Source of the DNA: Chrysomallon squamiferum
Taxonomy: Eukaryota; Animalia; Mollusca
Assembly (NCBI GenBank): GCA_012295275.1
Contig: CM022670.1
Location: 744,001 to 808,000, forward strand
Direction of reading: 5' to 3'
Length of the DNA stretch: 64,000 nt
Positions 1-13,896 of the stretch are shown here, piece after piece. Numbering within the stretch: the first letter of the stretch is position 1; the number at the start of each line of letters is the position of its first letter. Position numbers and translations under genes: made by a program. The notes under the pieces were generated by a model. That model was not told the origin of the DNA and ran no database searches. It was given only the letters and a program-made list of their open reading frames with translations.

Positions 1-2789
1 AAAATATATGGTATACTGTTATTAAAATTTTGTGTTCAGCATACATTAATAAAATATTATTTTAAATACATTAAAAAAGTCCCATAAAATACAGCAAGGA
101 CACTGACCCACTGACCCAAGTCGCAGAACCAAAACCAGGTGTGACTATAGAAAAGTAATGCATTACAGTGTTAATCAGGTATGAAACCTGTCCTCATTCC
201 TCAGTTGTTGAAGACCCCTAAACATCACCACTGCTGTAGCTGGCCAAGCGCAACATCCCACACACATTACTGTCGCATAAACAACGGGTAATGTTGCCTA
301 TAACCGGCTGTAAAGTGTCAAGTGATTGGGAGACTGGATTTACAACCAGTTAGACATTGGTCATTTAATGTAGGTAAACTTGTAAACAACTGTAACAGGA
401 TGGATGTTGTAGTTGACACGGGTAATAGATGGGACACAGCCACGGTTTAAATAGATTGGCTAAATGGATGATGATGATGGTGGTCGTAACAGATTGGTTA
501 AGCCGTGACTGTGGTGGCTGAGGGCGGCAGTTTTGAATGTGATAACAGGAAGAAGCACATGGCCACATCAGAAAACACCTGGCTTGGTGGAGAAAGAAAA
601 ATCAATATTTGTCCACGGTGTAGCCCATGGTAAAACTTGTATTAAACACACAGATCACTCCAGGTTCAAATAATGCAGAACAAAAAATAATAATAGTGTG
701 AAGCCCTTTTGTTAAATTTGTTTTCATACTCTGAATATTTTTTGAGTGCAGATTAATTACAGAGAAAGGCCCTATGCATTGTTCATTGTTAAATACAAGT
801 TTATTTTAGTACTGATTAAATCAGAAAAAAAAATAGTTTATGAAAGATAAATAAAATATTTGAAATTGAAAAAATAATTGATAAAAATATCAACTTCTAA
901 TAATAATAAAAAGTCTCACATTTGATCCAGTACATTCACTATTATCTTCTTCATTTAAATCAGATAACATTGTTTGGAATTTGAGTTAACAATGTCACTC
1001 TTACATTTTTATTAACTTTCTTTCTAAAGAATCACTTATAATATATTCCCTGCTGGGAATTTTTATATCAAATTCATTGGTTATTAATGGACACTGCAGG
1101 TATTTGAGAGTACAATTATCAGTGGAGAAAGTGTTGTATTAGAATCCTTTCAGTATTTTAAATAAGCTTTATGCTAAAGTAATAAACATTCTTATTGTGA
1201 CCGTGATGTTCCTTTATGCTTGTGTTGCTACTTAGACTTGTAATTAGTGCCACATCATTGACATCTTCGTGTTCTGTATGAAAACTAACTTTATAATGAT
1301 TATAATATTATTGATGTCTTGAATATTGGCCAAAATTTAATTATTGCCAACTCATCGTTATACTGAATATGTTACTGACATAAAAACTTGAATAACTGAT
1401 ATTACTGTCAAGACAAATATTGAACAAGTTTGAACAATTGTCATATTATTGTCACATTGAATGTTGACCAAGATTTAATTACACCCAAACAGTTGTTAAG
1501 CTGAATATTGACCAAACTTTAATTACCTTTTAAAAACTGTAATGGAATGCTGATTCCAAACAAAAGATTGAGAGAGAGAGGTAAAAATCTCTTAAAAATT
1601 GTTTAAACATGATGACAGAAATAAAATTAAATTTTCTCAGGAAAATCTTGAGCGGTCTTTGTTTGTGTTTGGGATTTACTGGCTGATTCAGGAGTCAAAA
1701 GCCCAATACTGTAAATCTCCACCATTTTCTTTTCATACAGAACAAATAAAATAGCTTCAGACCCATACATCCCCATTCTTTCTGGCTACACTTTAACAGG
1801 GATGGGATTAACAGAAAAAGAAAGTGAAACCATTTTCAATGACTGTGTTGGTTTGCACTAAATTGCAATTGTAGGTGTCAAGTACTGATGAAGCAACCTT
1901 CAGAAGTCAGCCATCATTGAAACTGACACAAGTGATTATGTTTCCTCATGTATGTTATACCACTGACCACTGGCTACAGCTGTCCATTCTGCCACTGACA
2001 CGCAGATAAAGCCTGGGTGGATGGCTGGGTGGATCCTCACTGGGTGGGTTACATAAAATACTGTCTGACATTCAGAGGGAAGCTCGTCCCACACAAAGCT
2101 AGGAAGCTCTGATTGCTGTTTGATACACCTGTCAACTAACCTAACTGAACTTACTAACCACACAGATGTTTTAAGCAGGGGTGGGGACTGATCATTTTCT
2201 CATTAAATAAAATCGTTTTTTGTGGGAGGGGAGGGTCTGTTGCCAACAAATTATATAATACTTTTAAACATTAATTTTTAACTGTTGTACAGATCAGTAT
2301 TCCCACTGAGTAGTTAATATATTTGTATAAGATTTACTGTGTAATATATTTAACTAATGTAACATGTTTGTGTCTATATAATTTATTTAGTTTGAACGAT
2401 ATAAACTATTACTTATTAATAATATATATAGTAAAATATTAGATATTTAGACATCATAATTTAAGATAATCCTTTAGGTTTCACTTCAGACTGCTGTTTG
2501 TTAATTAAGTTGTACAATTCTTACTTATTCATTATTTGGAGAGCCAGAAAGTGACAAAATTCTAAAGGTTCTTTTTAAAAAAATAATAATAATAAAAACC
2601 ACATCAAAGTTAAAGGATGCTAATAAAATACCTGTACTGAAATAAATCTGATGGAATACAAAGTCTAAAAGATTGTTTTTTAAAATGGAGTAAAAGTGCC
2701 TCACAAACTACTGAGAATGTAAAATATCCTAACACAAAAATAATTTTAAAATCATGTTAAATTAAATGAAATATCAAATTAAGACTTAC

Positions 2790-2826
2790 TGCAAGTTTCT
2801 GGGATTCCGTTCACTCCAAGAATCAT
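2790..2826 (-). CDS. Putative alternative first coding exon of a nested antisense gene (MILGVNGIPETC+1 nt)
   Basis: Minus strand: tcaaagATG ATT CTT GGA GTG AAC GGA ATC CCA GAA ACT TGC A|gtaagt; phase-1 donor; ~450 nt downstream of a CpG/CCAAT promoter-like patch. Confidence 0.55.
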
Positions 2827-3229
2827 CTTTGAAAGTTACTTTTCCAATGAGAGAGTAAAAAATTATCAAGTGTTTTCCAACAGTAGTGGAAGGTTATGTT
2901 GAGAGACATGGGTAACAGTGTTTTATATACCAAACTGACAGATCAACTGTTTTCTCAGCAATAAACTTTTCTGTTGACAAAGTCCCAGACTCTATCAGTA
3001 CTGAGCAAGGACTCGCAATTTCATTCAAAACCAAACAGCTGGTCAGGTGACAATCACAGCTTTGATAGGTAGACAACAACTTCAGTCCTATTACTAGACC
3101 TTCTTCCTCATCAAGATGAGGCTTATAGACACACAGACACACAGCCTGTTACTAAGTTTTTACAGCAATCAGTGACTGGGTACTCTTCTCTCTCTTGTCT
3201 TTTAATCAGAGAAATGCTTGGACAGTAAA

Positions 3230-3345
3230 CAACCCTCATTCGGCCACAAGCCATAACTGTCGGAGATACGCAGAGACGGCCTCTTTGTTCAAACAGGGAG
3301 GGAGCTTGTGGCTCTCGGGCATTCTGATTGGTCGAGAGGCTTGAT
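3230..3345 (-). promoter_or_regulatory. CpG-containing promoter-like patch with CCAAT box, oriented to the minus strand
   Basis: Six CpGs in ~100 bp inside an otherwise CpG-poor intron; ctgattggtc (GACCAATCAG on minus) at ~3324-3333; GTAAACAA forkhead motif at ~3225. Confidence 0.55.
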
Positions 3346-3959
3346 GAAGAGATACATTGTGAGCAAGGTGCTGTTTTTATTATTGTTGTTGGAAAGTGAA
3401 AGGCTGTGTGCCTGGAGTGTGTGTGTCTGATGGTTGGGAAAACACTGGATATCTGATTTGATTGTACTCTCTTAATAAACTTTTCTGCTTTTTAATGTCC
3501 AGAGAAGGTGATTTTTTATGGGTGTTGGGATATAGAAATCAGGTGTTTATATCTGAAGACATTTAGGGTGTTAGTAATAGGGATGAATTTAGAAATGATT
3601 GTTTTATTCTCTTAATAAAAATTGTCTCTTTTAGCTCAGTGAAATGTGTTTGAAGCATCCTGAATTGTATTTTTTGTTTGTTTATTTGTTTTTATCTTTG
3701 AACTTTATTTGTGTGATTTTGGGGCTAGGATTAAGTATTTACATAAGATTTTATAAATAAAAGTAACTTAATGTGACTGAACTTAATATGTATTTGTGTG
3801 TGTTTATGTAATTTTTTATACTTCGTTTCCAATTATTTAAATGATGCAGTTGTATTTATTGTGTGCAGCAAATCACACATATTTCAACTTTCTGTAGTTT
3901 TGAATTTTTTAACTTTTTTTTCTCATTTTTACTTGAATTTTACAGACTATCAGTTAAGA

Positions 3960-5395
3960 CATTAGTCTGATTGCTAAATAAACTTTGACACAAAATCTGT
4001 TTTAGATCAGAATGCCCAGGTATGCCTATCATGGACACAAGCTCTGTGTTTCAGATTGAAGAAAACAATTCAGTAGTTTAGAAAGGGACAGTAGTCTGAT
4101 TGTTAAATAAACTTTGACACAAAATCTGTTTTAGATCAGATTGTTCAAGTATGCCTATCATGAGTCAAGCTCCATGTTTCAGATTGAAGAAAACAATGTA
4201 ATAGTTTAAAAATGGACAGTAGTCTGATTGTTAAATAAACTTTGACACAAAATCTGTTTTTCTCTTCAACTGTTTGTCACTTTCTGTGTTGCATTATACA
4301 CAAAATGTGGACAGTGGTTATTTTAACAATCTTACTTATTTATGGAAAGTATAACTACTGACCAGATAGATGGTCAGTCTATTAACTGACCACTACTTTT
4401 ACTGTTTTGTTACAGATGACTGGTGGTTTGGGGTTTTTTAAAAAGTTTACATTTTTCTGTTTCTACATGTATTTTTCTAACTTTGTCAGACTAATTAAAA
4501 CCAAGTTCAGCATAAAACTATTGAATATTAAGCCTAAATATAAGATTTAAAATAAAGTAAAACCCCACTAAACAAAACTTACAAAGCAGAAAAAACAAGC
4601 TCACTGAAATTACAGTACACTGAACTAGAACAGTATCTTGTCAATTTTGAAAATATTACTATTGTAAAATAGTTAAACTGAGGGCATGAAATCCTGATAA
4701 CAGCACTGAGCAGTTATTTAGTTTGGTAGTTAGGAAATCTGTTTTACATGAAACTGTGAATCATCAGTTGCTTTTTTAAAACAGTTTTGGAATCTGAATA
4801 TTTGAATTAAATAACATTTTGTAATTTTAATTTTTTATTATTATTATTTTTAAATTATTGTTATGATCCTGTTTTGGGAATATTCTGCTTTTCTTCATGT
4901 GTATTTTTGACTATCCATCTTACAGGTTCAAGCATTTTAGCAGTTTAAGAAAACTGAAATAATTTTTGAGATAAATTTTGAAAATAGTTAAAGTATACTT
5001 GTTATGGACACAAGCTCAAAGTTTCTGAGATTAATCTAGTTTAGTAGTTTAAAAATGGACAGTAGTCTGATTGTTAAATAAACTTTGACATAAAATCTGT
5101 TTCAGATCAGATTGTTCAAGTATGCCTATCATGAGACAAGCTCCATGTTTCAGACTGAAGAAAACAATGTAATAGTTTAAAAATGGACAGAAGTCTGATT
5201 GTTAAATAAACTTTGACACAAAATCTGTTTTTCTCTTCAACTGTTTGTCACTTTCTGTGTTACATGAAACACAAAATGTGGACAGTGGTTGTTTTAACAA
5301 TCTTACTTACAGAAAGCATAACTCAACTGGCCAAATAGATGGTCAGTCTATTAAATGACCACAATTTTGCTGTTTTGTCACAGTATGACTGGAAA
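3960..5395. repeat. Local ~130-bp tandem unit plus ~390-bp direct duplication (~4030-4420 vs ~5004-5390)
   Basis: agtctgattg(t/c)taaataaactttgacacaaaatctgttt recurs at ~3964, 4093, 4221, 5064, 5192, with shared downstream sequence in both blocks. Confidence 0.9.
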
Positions 5396-7471
5396 TAACA
5401 TAATGTACATGAAGTTGTTCAGGACATTTTGTCACAAAATCAGTCCGAATAAAGTATATATAATGACCATGGTATGTGTACATGAATGTAAATAGTTTTT
5501 TTTATTAGTCTTATTCATTTATATACTAGAAAGTTTGACCAGGTAGATGGTCAGTTTGCAAATAGTAACTGACCACTGCTTTTATCATTAAGTTTACATG
5601 ATAACTGTCACTGGTAAGAATATATACATATCCCACCCCAGTAAAAACCTGGTACATTTTATCTGTAAACTGTAAAACATATATTAAATAAAAACATTAT
5701 TATTTTGTATTTAAAACTTATGTAATAAACCAAGGATTAACCAGACAGTCATAGTATCTGAGTGTTAATCCACACTGAGAGATAATCTCTTTTATGTCTT
5801 TGTTAAACTTGATTGCTTCTTACTTAAATCTGAATGCTTTGTTTGAAGCAAACACTTTCACTGTTTTATTCTGATAGATTTCACAAGTCATACTTAATCT
5901 GTTTCTGAAATACTTAAATTTATATAGTGATACTGTCTAGCCATTTGTTTATCAGTAATAATTTATTTATTTTTTAAATTATATCTATATTAATTTATAA
6001 CATTTTATTTTGTCTATAGTTTGAAAAGTATCTCAGTTAGACTGAAACACATCTTTAATAAATACTTTTTTTCAGTTTGTCAGTTATATATATTTTTTAT
6101 TTTATTTTATTTATTTATTCATTCATTCAATTTTTTTTTTTTATTGTATATATATTAATTTTTTTAAATTTTATTGTGCCTATATTTTGTAAGTTAACTC
6201 TTAGATTTAAACACAGCTTTAGCTGGCAGTTACTTTAATCAGTTTTCTGCAGTTCTGTATCAGTAATCATTTTTTTGTTTTTTAGTTGATAATACTGTAC
6301 TTCTTTTCTGTAATAAATTATTATTTCATTTTATTTTAATTTTATTATTACTTTTATTCTGAAAGCTATCTTCAAGATAAATTTTTTAAATGAGTTTTAT
6401 AATATCATTTATTTTAATTAAAATGTTCAGAAATAAACTTGAATGATACGATCAAGAATTTTTTTTATCAGTGATACATCATTTTAAATTACTTTCTCTG
6501 TTAATTTATCTATTCTGAAAAGTATCTCCAAGCCTGAGTTAATAGGAAAATGATGTTTAGATATCACTGATTTTAATCTAAGATGTTCTGAAGTAAAGCT
6601 TGCATGTGAAGTGAATGAGACTGCCTGGTAAATTCTTCCATCTTTTTTTTTTTCTATTTCTGTTAATTTTTTTTTTAGAATTTTTTTAAATATTATTTAA
6701 TTGGTGTTAAAATTATTTTTAATTATAATTATTATTATTATTTTTTTTTTTTTTTTTTTAAATGCAGCTATGTAGTTTGAAAAATATCTCCATGTTAGAT
6801 TTAACAAATGATTAGCAGCAATAATTAGAGATTTTTTAATTTGTTTTCTGAACTATAATTAAAATTAAAAATGAGACAGTTTATATTTTTGAAAAAGAAA
6901 ATTTTCTTAAATTTTAAAAATATTTTTAATATTTATCCAAAACACTTGTTTTCTGTATCCACCATATATCAAAACAAAAACCTCATTTTTCATTCACCTA
7001 AAATACTTCTAAACTGAAATGTTTATTTACACAAAATTTTCAGAATGTATCAAACTGAAAACCAAAAAAAAAAAAAAAAAGAAGATAACAAATGGAACTG
7101 TTTTCATTAACTGACAATTTGGAATCCATGAGAAAAACAGTGGCGCTGAAAACACTTGCAGTTAATCATTGCCTTTCCTCACTGTGCTATCAGAAGCAAA
7201 GATTTGAGAATGATGTTATTTCTAGACTTTTCTCTTACTGGGTTACCATCACCTCACAGTAGTTGTCATACTGTTCAGCCAATAGGAATTTAACTGGGGT
7301 TGAAATGCAGTTCAGGAATTCATTCTCTAAAAATGTTTCCAAAACAAATTTGTAAAAATGTTCAAATGACTGGCATCTCTGGCAAGAATAAAATTCTTCT
7401 AGTTCTTGAGCTGTCCAAATGTTGGTGTAAACATTATTGCAGTGTTTTGGGAAGTAATTGATTACCTTAAA

Positions 7472-7502
<31 letters not shown>

Positions 7503-8519
7503 AAAGAAAATGATTTTTTTTAAATTTTTTGTTTATCTTTAATTTTTTTTTTTTTTTTTTTTTTTAATTTTTTTCTTTATTTTTTTTTCTATTTTATTTT
7601 TATTTTTCAAATAAATGTTTTTCTTTTTATTTTTACTTTTTATTTTTCAAATAAATGTCCATTTGTCTCTCAATAGTATAAGCTAGATGCAATAAGATTT
7701 TAGCTTGCCTTATGATAGATAATGCTATGCTTGGTCTATCAGGGCACAGTCTGTGTAGACTTTGCTATTACATTTGATGGTATTGAAGTAAGTTCTTCAA
7801 AGAATCTATATAATCAACTAGAAAAACATATAATATAGTTTTAAAAACATTAGTAACTTCAACCTTTTTGTGAAAAACTACCATATGATTTTAATTCTCA
7901 ATAAAATTTTTTTATAGAAATATTGACTAAGGTTATTCTAAGTAATTGTATGTAATAATAATATATTTTTCATTTTTCCGTTATAAAAACCTCTTGTGAA
8001 GGGGAAGCATAGCTTTCATATGGAATCATTCAAATTATTTAAATACAATTTTTCATTGCTAGTTAAAAGTCCATTGGGTCAGTAAGTATTTCTTTAGTGT
8101 TTTTCCTTTGAAACAAATTTGCTAGAATATTGAGTAATCACACATTTGTTGATGAAATTTAGTCTAAAACAACCAATTCACCTCTCAGTCTACTGATCTT
8201 AATAATTTCAACTTGTTGGCTAGTGCTTTATTTGAAACAAGTAACTTTTCAACTTTATATATCTAATAATTTAAAGTGATCAACAGCTCAGTATTTGTTC
8301 TTACTTTGAAATAGTTATGTTTTCTGTCTATCTAATTACATATAATTTCAATATTATTCTTTAAAACAATTAACAACTTTGTTTTAATATATATAATTAA
8401 CTTAAGCTGATTGGTTGAGTATTTAATTGTTTTACTTTCAAACAACATGCACTACTTTAACAAACAAAATATTTTAAAAATTTAAACTCATTAAAATATA
8501 TTTAATTTTGTTTTTCATA

Positions 8520-8765
8520 TTTTCCCACCTAATGAATATATACATTAAATATAATTTCTACAGAACACTTTCATATTAAATTATTATTCTTACTTTGAAA
8601 TAATAATACTTTCCACCTAATGTATTCATATATAAAATATAATTTCAACTGAATACTTTAATATTAAATTATTATTCTTACTTAGAAATAAACATACTAT
8701 CCTATTTAAATATATGTAGCATCTAATGTCAGCTAATATTAAATGATTATTCTTACTTTGAAAAA
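8520..8765. repeat. Degenerate ~80-90 bp tandem repeat (3 copies)
   Basis: atattaaattattattcttactt and ccacctaatg recur. Confidence 0.75.
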
Positions 8766-9283
8766 TGAATGCATGTTCTTGCTGTCCTTCTATATTTTCC
8801 ATCATCTTTCCACACAAAACTAAAACAGTTTACTTCACAAAGTAAGCCAGGACACATCATGAACCAGACCTTGGGAATATTCTAGCCTTTCTGACAATAT
8901 TTTATTTCAAAGTAATAATTACCAAGTTGATCAGCTAATTTGGAAGGGGACAGACTCTGCAGGGAGGCCGGGGTTACTCAATAAAACTGGAACATTTGTT
9001 AAAAAGCTAGAAACTTTCACACTGCTGCTAGTCCTGCTGGATTATCTTCCCACTGCTTCGAACTCTTTTGTGAGTGGTGAGAAAGATTCTCGCCTTGTAA
9101 GAGTGGAAGTTCTCTGATTTGTAGTGGCTTAGGTGATGATCTTACTGACTCATTGTCTAAAAGTCTTAACTGCAACATGTTTCAAAACATCCCTTTGAAA
9201 AAGATTTCTGTTTATAAATTTCTATCTGTCTAAGCTGGTGTGACCTTGAAATAGCTGAGTGTGAGAAAGTGACTGGGTTTTAC

Positions 9284-9296
9284 CTGCTGCTTCCAT
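9284..9296 (-). CDS. Putative alternative first coding exon (MEAA+1 nt)
   Basis: Minus strand: ctaaaacATG GAA GCA GCA G|gtaaaa; strong Kozak context, CAG|GT donor, phase 1; lies in a higher-complexity island. Confidence 0.45.
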
Positions 9297-12200
9297 GTTT
9301 TAGAAAAACACACAAGTGTTAAATATGCTGCTTTATGCAGTTACCCTCTTAAAAAAACAACATAAGATTAAAACAAAATTCTCTTGATTACTGGGGCGAG
9401 TCTTTTCTTTAAAAAGACAGAAGCAAGGAAGCACTGTCATAATTGTTTTTTTGATTAGCATCTCAATTGAAATCAAGGACTCTAACTTGCACAGTTATAC
9501 ACTTTAAAAGACACTGCTTATTCAGCTTTGTTTGAAAAACACAAGAGATAACTTGTTTAAATCAAGTGTTGATGATGTTGTTTTAACAAACTGTATGAGG
9601 ACAAGAAAGTATTGTAAACAAAACATCCTGCTGATTAATGTGTGAAATTATCATGATGGTATTTTTCAGGCATCTTGAATTTAAAAATGACTTAATTCCA
9701 GCCAGTACCTGTTTCCTGGTTCATCATGTCTGGTTTATGGGGGTTTTTTTTGAGGTAAAGGAAATATATGACGTCCCTTCATCACAATCGTTATATTATT
9801 TGTGTGAAAACTTTGAGAAAAACACATTTTATGCTTAAACAGAGTAAACATATATGAGTACAGACATGCATACATATATAGTTACAGAAGAATAAACACA
9901 CACATAAAATGTACACACATGCACACATAAATAAATATAGAAAAATGACTACAGAGTAACTATGATAAATGTTAAGGTGACATGACCAGTAGCTTGATGA
10001 ACTTGGAGACAGCTGTCTGTAAAATAACATCATCTACTGAGAGATCAGCAAAGCTTACTTGTGTGTTAAACCTGAGCTTTTAACACATTCAGTGAAATGG
10101 TTAACTTTTGCTGTGTTTAATAATCAGTCACGCTATTGTAAAAAGATTTGTGAGATATTTCACAGGTAATGTTAAATACATGTATATAAAATAAACAGAA
10201 GTTACAGAATGTTAGTTCACTTTCAGCTATTTTATTTATTTTATTCTGTTGTTTAATTTAATTTATTTTTATTTTATTATTTTTTTTTTTTTGTGTGTGT
10301 ATGTATTTTTATTTTTTATTTTATTTAGTTTTATAATTTTTTAATTATATTTTGTGATCTTTATTATTATAGTTTTTAATGTCAGTGTATATGAGGGATT
10401 TGTTTATTCTTGGCAGGATTCTGAGGTTGGGTTTGGAAAGAGAGAAGAAAAATGAAAAAATTATAAAAACTTCTTTTTTTTCTTTATTTTGAATTAAAAA
10501 TATAAATATTAAAACAATTAAATATTGCCATTCTGCCATGAGAATTACAAGATTTAGAAAAGTAATATTACTTGTAATCTTTTTGAAATGTATATTTTAT
10601 CTATTTTGTCAATCTCTCAACTCAGTAGATAGAAAGGGAAACAGATATATGTGAGTGATAAAAAAGATACTACTAAGAAAATAAATATTTTTAATTAACA
10701 ATTAGTAACTAATATTCTTAAACAAGAACCAGTGTTTTTCAAAGAAACATGAATAAAAAGGACAAAAATGCTTACTGAATCCCTAATTTAAAAAAAACAA
10801 TTGTTAATAAAAAGTAATAATAATAAATTAAAACAACAAAAGCAAGGCAGACATATATATTGCCTAGATTACAAAATGAACAGTTATAAATAACTCGTTA
10901 ATGTTGCTGACAAACTTGATAATGTAAACAAGAATCAGTTGACAAGTAAACAAATATATCTGATTCCATAATGGTGATAATGAAATGAAGACGAAAAGTC
11001 TACCAATATTTTATAAACTGTTGATTTATCATGACATAAGCTTCTTATTTTTAACACATTAATTAAAGAGATTAACACTGTTTTGTCTATACCATACCTG
11101 TAATGAACAGGTGTGTTATTTTTTACAGGTATTTTACAGGTGTAATTAACAAATATAGTCTACAGCAGTCAGAACGTCTGGAATATTTTTACCTGGTAGA
11201 TCCAAAAATTAAATTGTTTATGTAGTTTGTTATTTATTTATTTACTTATTTATTTGTGTTTATTTATTTATTTGTTTGTTTATTATTTATTTATTTTCCT
11301 TAGTTACAGATATATTTGAAAGTACATCTGATAAATGATTGTCTTTTTTTTTTGTATACATTTAACTTTTCTTTTTCATTTATTTTCTGATATTACATAT
11401 TTAATGCATACAATTCATATGTTCAAAAAACATACTGTTTATAAAAACATACACTTCAGAAAATAAATGACATGATACTGAACCTTGATTATATTTCATC
11501 AACACTTTTTATCTAGAAGGAGAGAGATGTATGATATAAGTTTGAGAAAAAGAAAGGATATAAATGTCTGCCTGCTTTTATTTAGATAAATGTGTTGGTG
11601 AAACTATTTTTTTTTTTTTTTTTTTTTTTTATAAGAAATTTTAAATTAAATTAATAAAACCTTACATGGAAACTATGGTTTTACTTATTTTAACAAATTT
11701 TGTTGCCGACATCAAAAAAAATGGAGTCTGATATGGCTTGATCATAATCTTAATAAAACTGGAGACAACAAGTCTGGGAAAAGTTCTGTTAATCCTTAAC
11801 TGTTACATCTAAACTGTGATTTTGTTTTGATTTTTCTAATCTAATAGATTTTGTTTTTAGCAGATTAATTAAAATGCTAACACTGAACTAATGATTATAA
11901 TGAAATTAAGATGAAGTTAAATCTCTTATTTTTAACACATTGATTAAAAAGATTAGCATACTGTTTTGTGCTAATGATAATTAGAATGATCAGGTATGTT
12001 GTTTTTTACAGGTGTAATTAACTTGTTTGGATTACAGTAGACATAACGTCTGGGTCATTATTACTTGGCAGATTTAGTGAACAATTTGAAATCTGATTTA
12101 TTTGTACTTTTTAAATTTTTTCTTATTTTAAATTAGTCTCTCTTTTTATTTCTTTTTTGTTTCTTTCTTTTTTATAAATGTATTTTTGTATGGTTTTGTT

Positions 12201-13228
12201 TTTGTTTGGTTTGGTTTAATTTTTGGTTGCTTTTTTTTTGGTTTGGTTTGTTTGGGTTTGGTTTGGTTTATTTATTTGTTTATTTTTTGTTTATTTTAAA
12301 TTATTCTTTATTTATCTATTCAAATTATTTTTATTTTGTATTTATTTATTTTATTTTTTTATTTTATTTTAGCATTAATTAAGGCCATGCTCCATTGATT
12401 ATGACCACAAAGATTAATTCATGTGTAAAAGTTGAAAATAAGAAAATATGTAAATTTTAAAATATAACAGCAACTTCTTAAAACATTTAGAGATATTTTA
12501 CATGAACACACATATTTACAAATACATATTAACTTTTTTTTAAACAGCATTTCTATTAGAGATGACATGTTCATAATGTTAATAAAACCGGAGACTACAA
12601 GTCTGGGAAAGGTTCACCTAATCCTTAATCTTAACATTAAATGTGTGATTTTATAGACTAATAGGTTTTGTTTTTAACAGATTAACCAAAAGAGCTAACA
12701 CACTCTCTTTTTTTTTTAAATGATTACTTTACGTGTAATGACCAGGTGTGTTAATTTTTACAGGTATTTTACGGGTGTAATTAACAAGTTTTGTTTACGG
12801 TAGACAGAATGTCTGGAACTTTTCATTCACCTGATCTTACCAGATTTGTGTTAATTACTTATTATTATTATTATTGTTGTTGTTATTATTCAGCTTGGAA
12901 AGTTAATTAAGCTGTATTTAGTCTGTCTGATTGTATTTTTTTCTTGCTAGGTAAATAAGTAAATTAATACAGGTATGTCTTAATGATCACTACCTGTGTT
13001 AATGAGGTGTGTCATTTTTACAGGTGTAATTAACAAGTTGTTTGGTTAACTGTAGACATGATGTCTAGAACTTCTTGTCAAAAAATAAATAAAATAAAAT
13101 ATAAATAAAAGAAGAAAAATAAGAAGAATATAGTATCTAATTAATAAAGTCATTTTTCATTACAAAATATAGATGGCTATAGAAATACAAATGAGTTTAT
13201 AGATCTGTCTTAGATTTCTGAAAAAGAA

Positions 13229-13233
<5 letters not shown>

Positions 13234-13308
<75 letters not shown>
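13234..13308. repeat. (GA)n microsatellite
   Basis: Direct reading. Confidence 0.97.
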
Positions 13309-13312
<4 letters not shown>

Positions 13313-13507
13313 ATTAACAAAAGCATTGTTTTATCATTCAACAGTTCCAAAACGTAAAAAATTTGAATTTTAAACTGCAGAAAATTAATAAAATATGAGT
13401 TACAAAATGCACACTGTTAATTATTATATCAAATCAAAAATAAAAATTATAATCTATAAACAATTTAAATAAAGTTACTTTAAAAATAAATACTTTTTCA
13501 ATCATAC

Positions 13508-13550
13508 CTTGGTTATTTAAAATTATTTGATAATCTAAACAGATTATCAT
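13508..13550 (-). CDS. Putative alternative first coding exon (MIICLDYQIILNNQ+1 nt)
   Basis: Minus strand: ATG ATA ATC TGT TTA GAT TAT CAA ATA ATT TTA AAT AAC CAA G|gtatga; phase 1; regulatory-looking island directly 5' (13600-13730). Confidence 0.35.
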
Positions 13551-13862
13551 TACTCAGAAGTAATTTGAAACAATTTTTCTTTTTCTTTGATTTAAAAAAA
13601 GTAATCACTGGTTTTACTTTGACTGGCCTCACTTCCCTGCACCTGCAGTTTTTAACTGCTGAGAAGCCAGGTGTGAAGGGTAACACCATCAGTTGTTTTT
13701 GATTGAGTTAATTAAAGGATATAGGTAAGCTCTGTTTTTTAAATAATTATTCTTCAATCTGTTAGTCATTTATACTGAGATATTACCAAATTAATCATTT
13801 CTGCCACAGCTAATTTGACCTATAACACTTCTGCAAACCCTTAAATTGTATATATATATATA

Positions 13863-13896
<34 letters not shown>

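Noticed and set aside
2155-2195. Further minus-strand ATG-donor pairs (2195-2159/2155, 17854-17848, ~7240, ~9150, ~36681)
   Set aside because: Ambiguous donors, competing ATGs, or phase 0/2; consistent with chance and not counted among the alternative first exons
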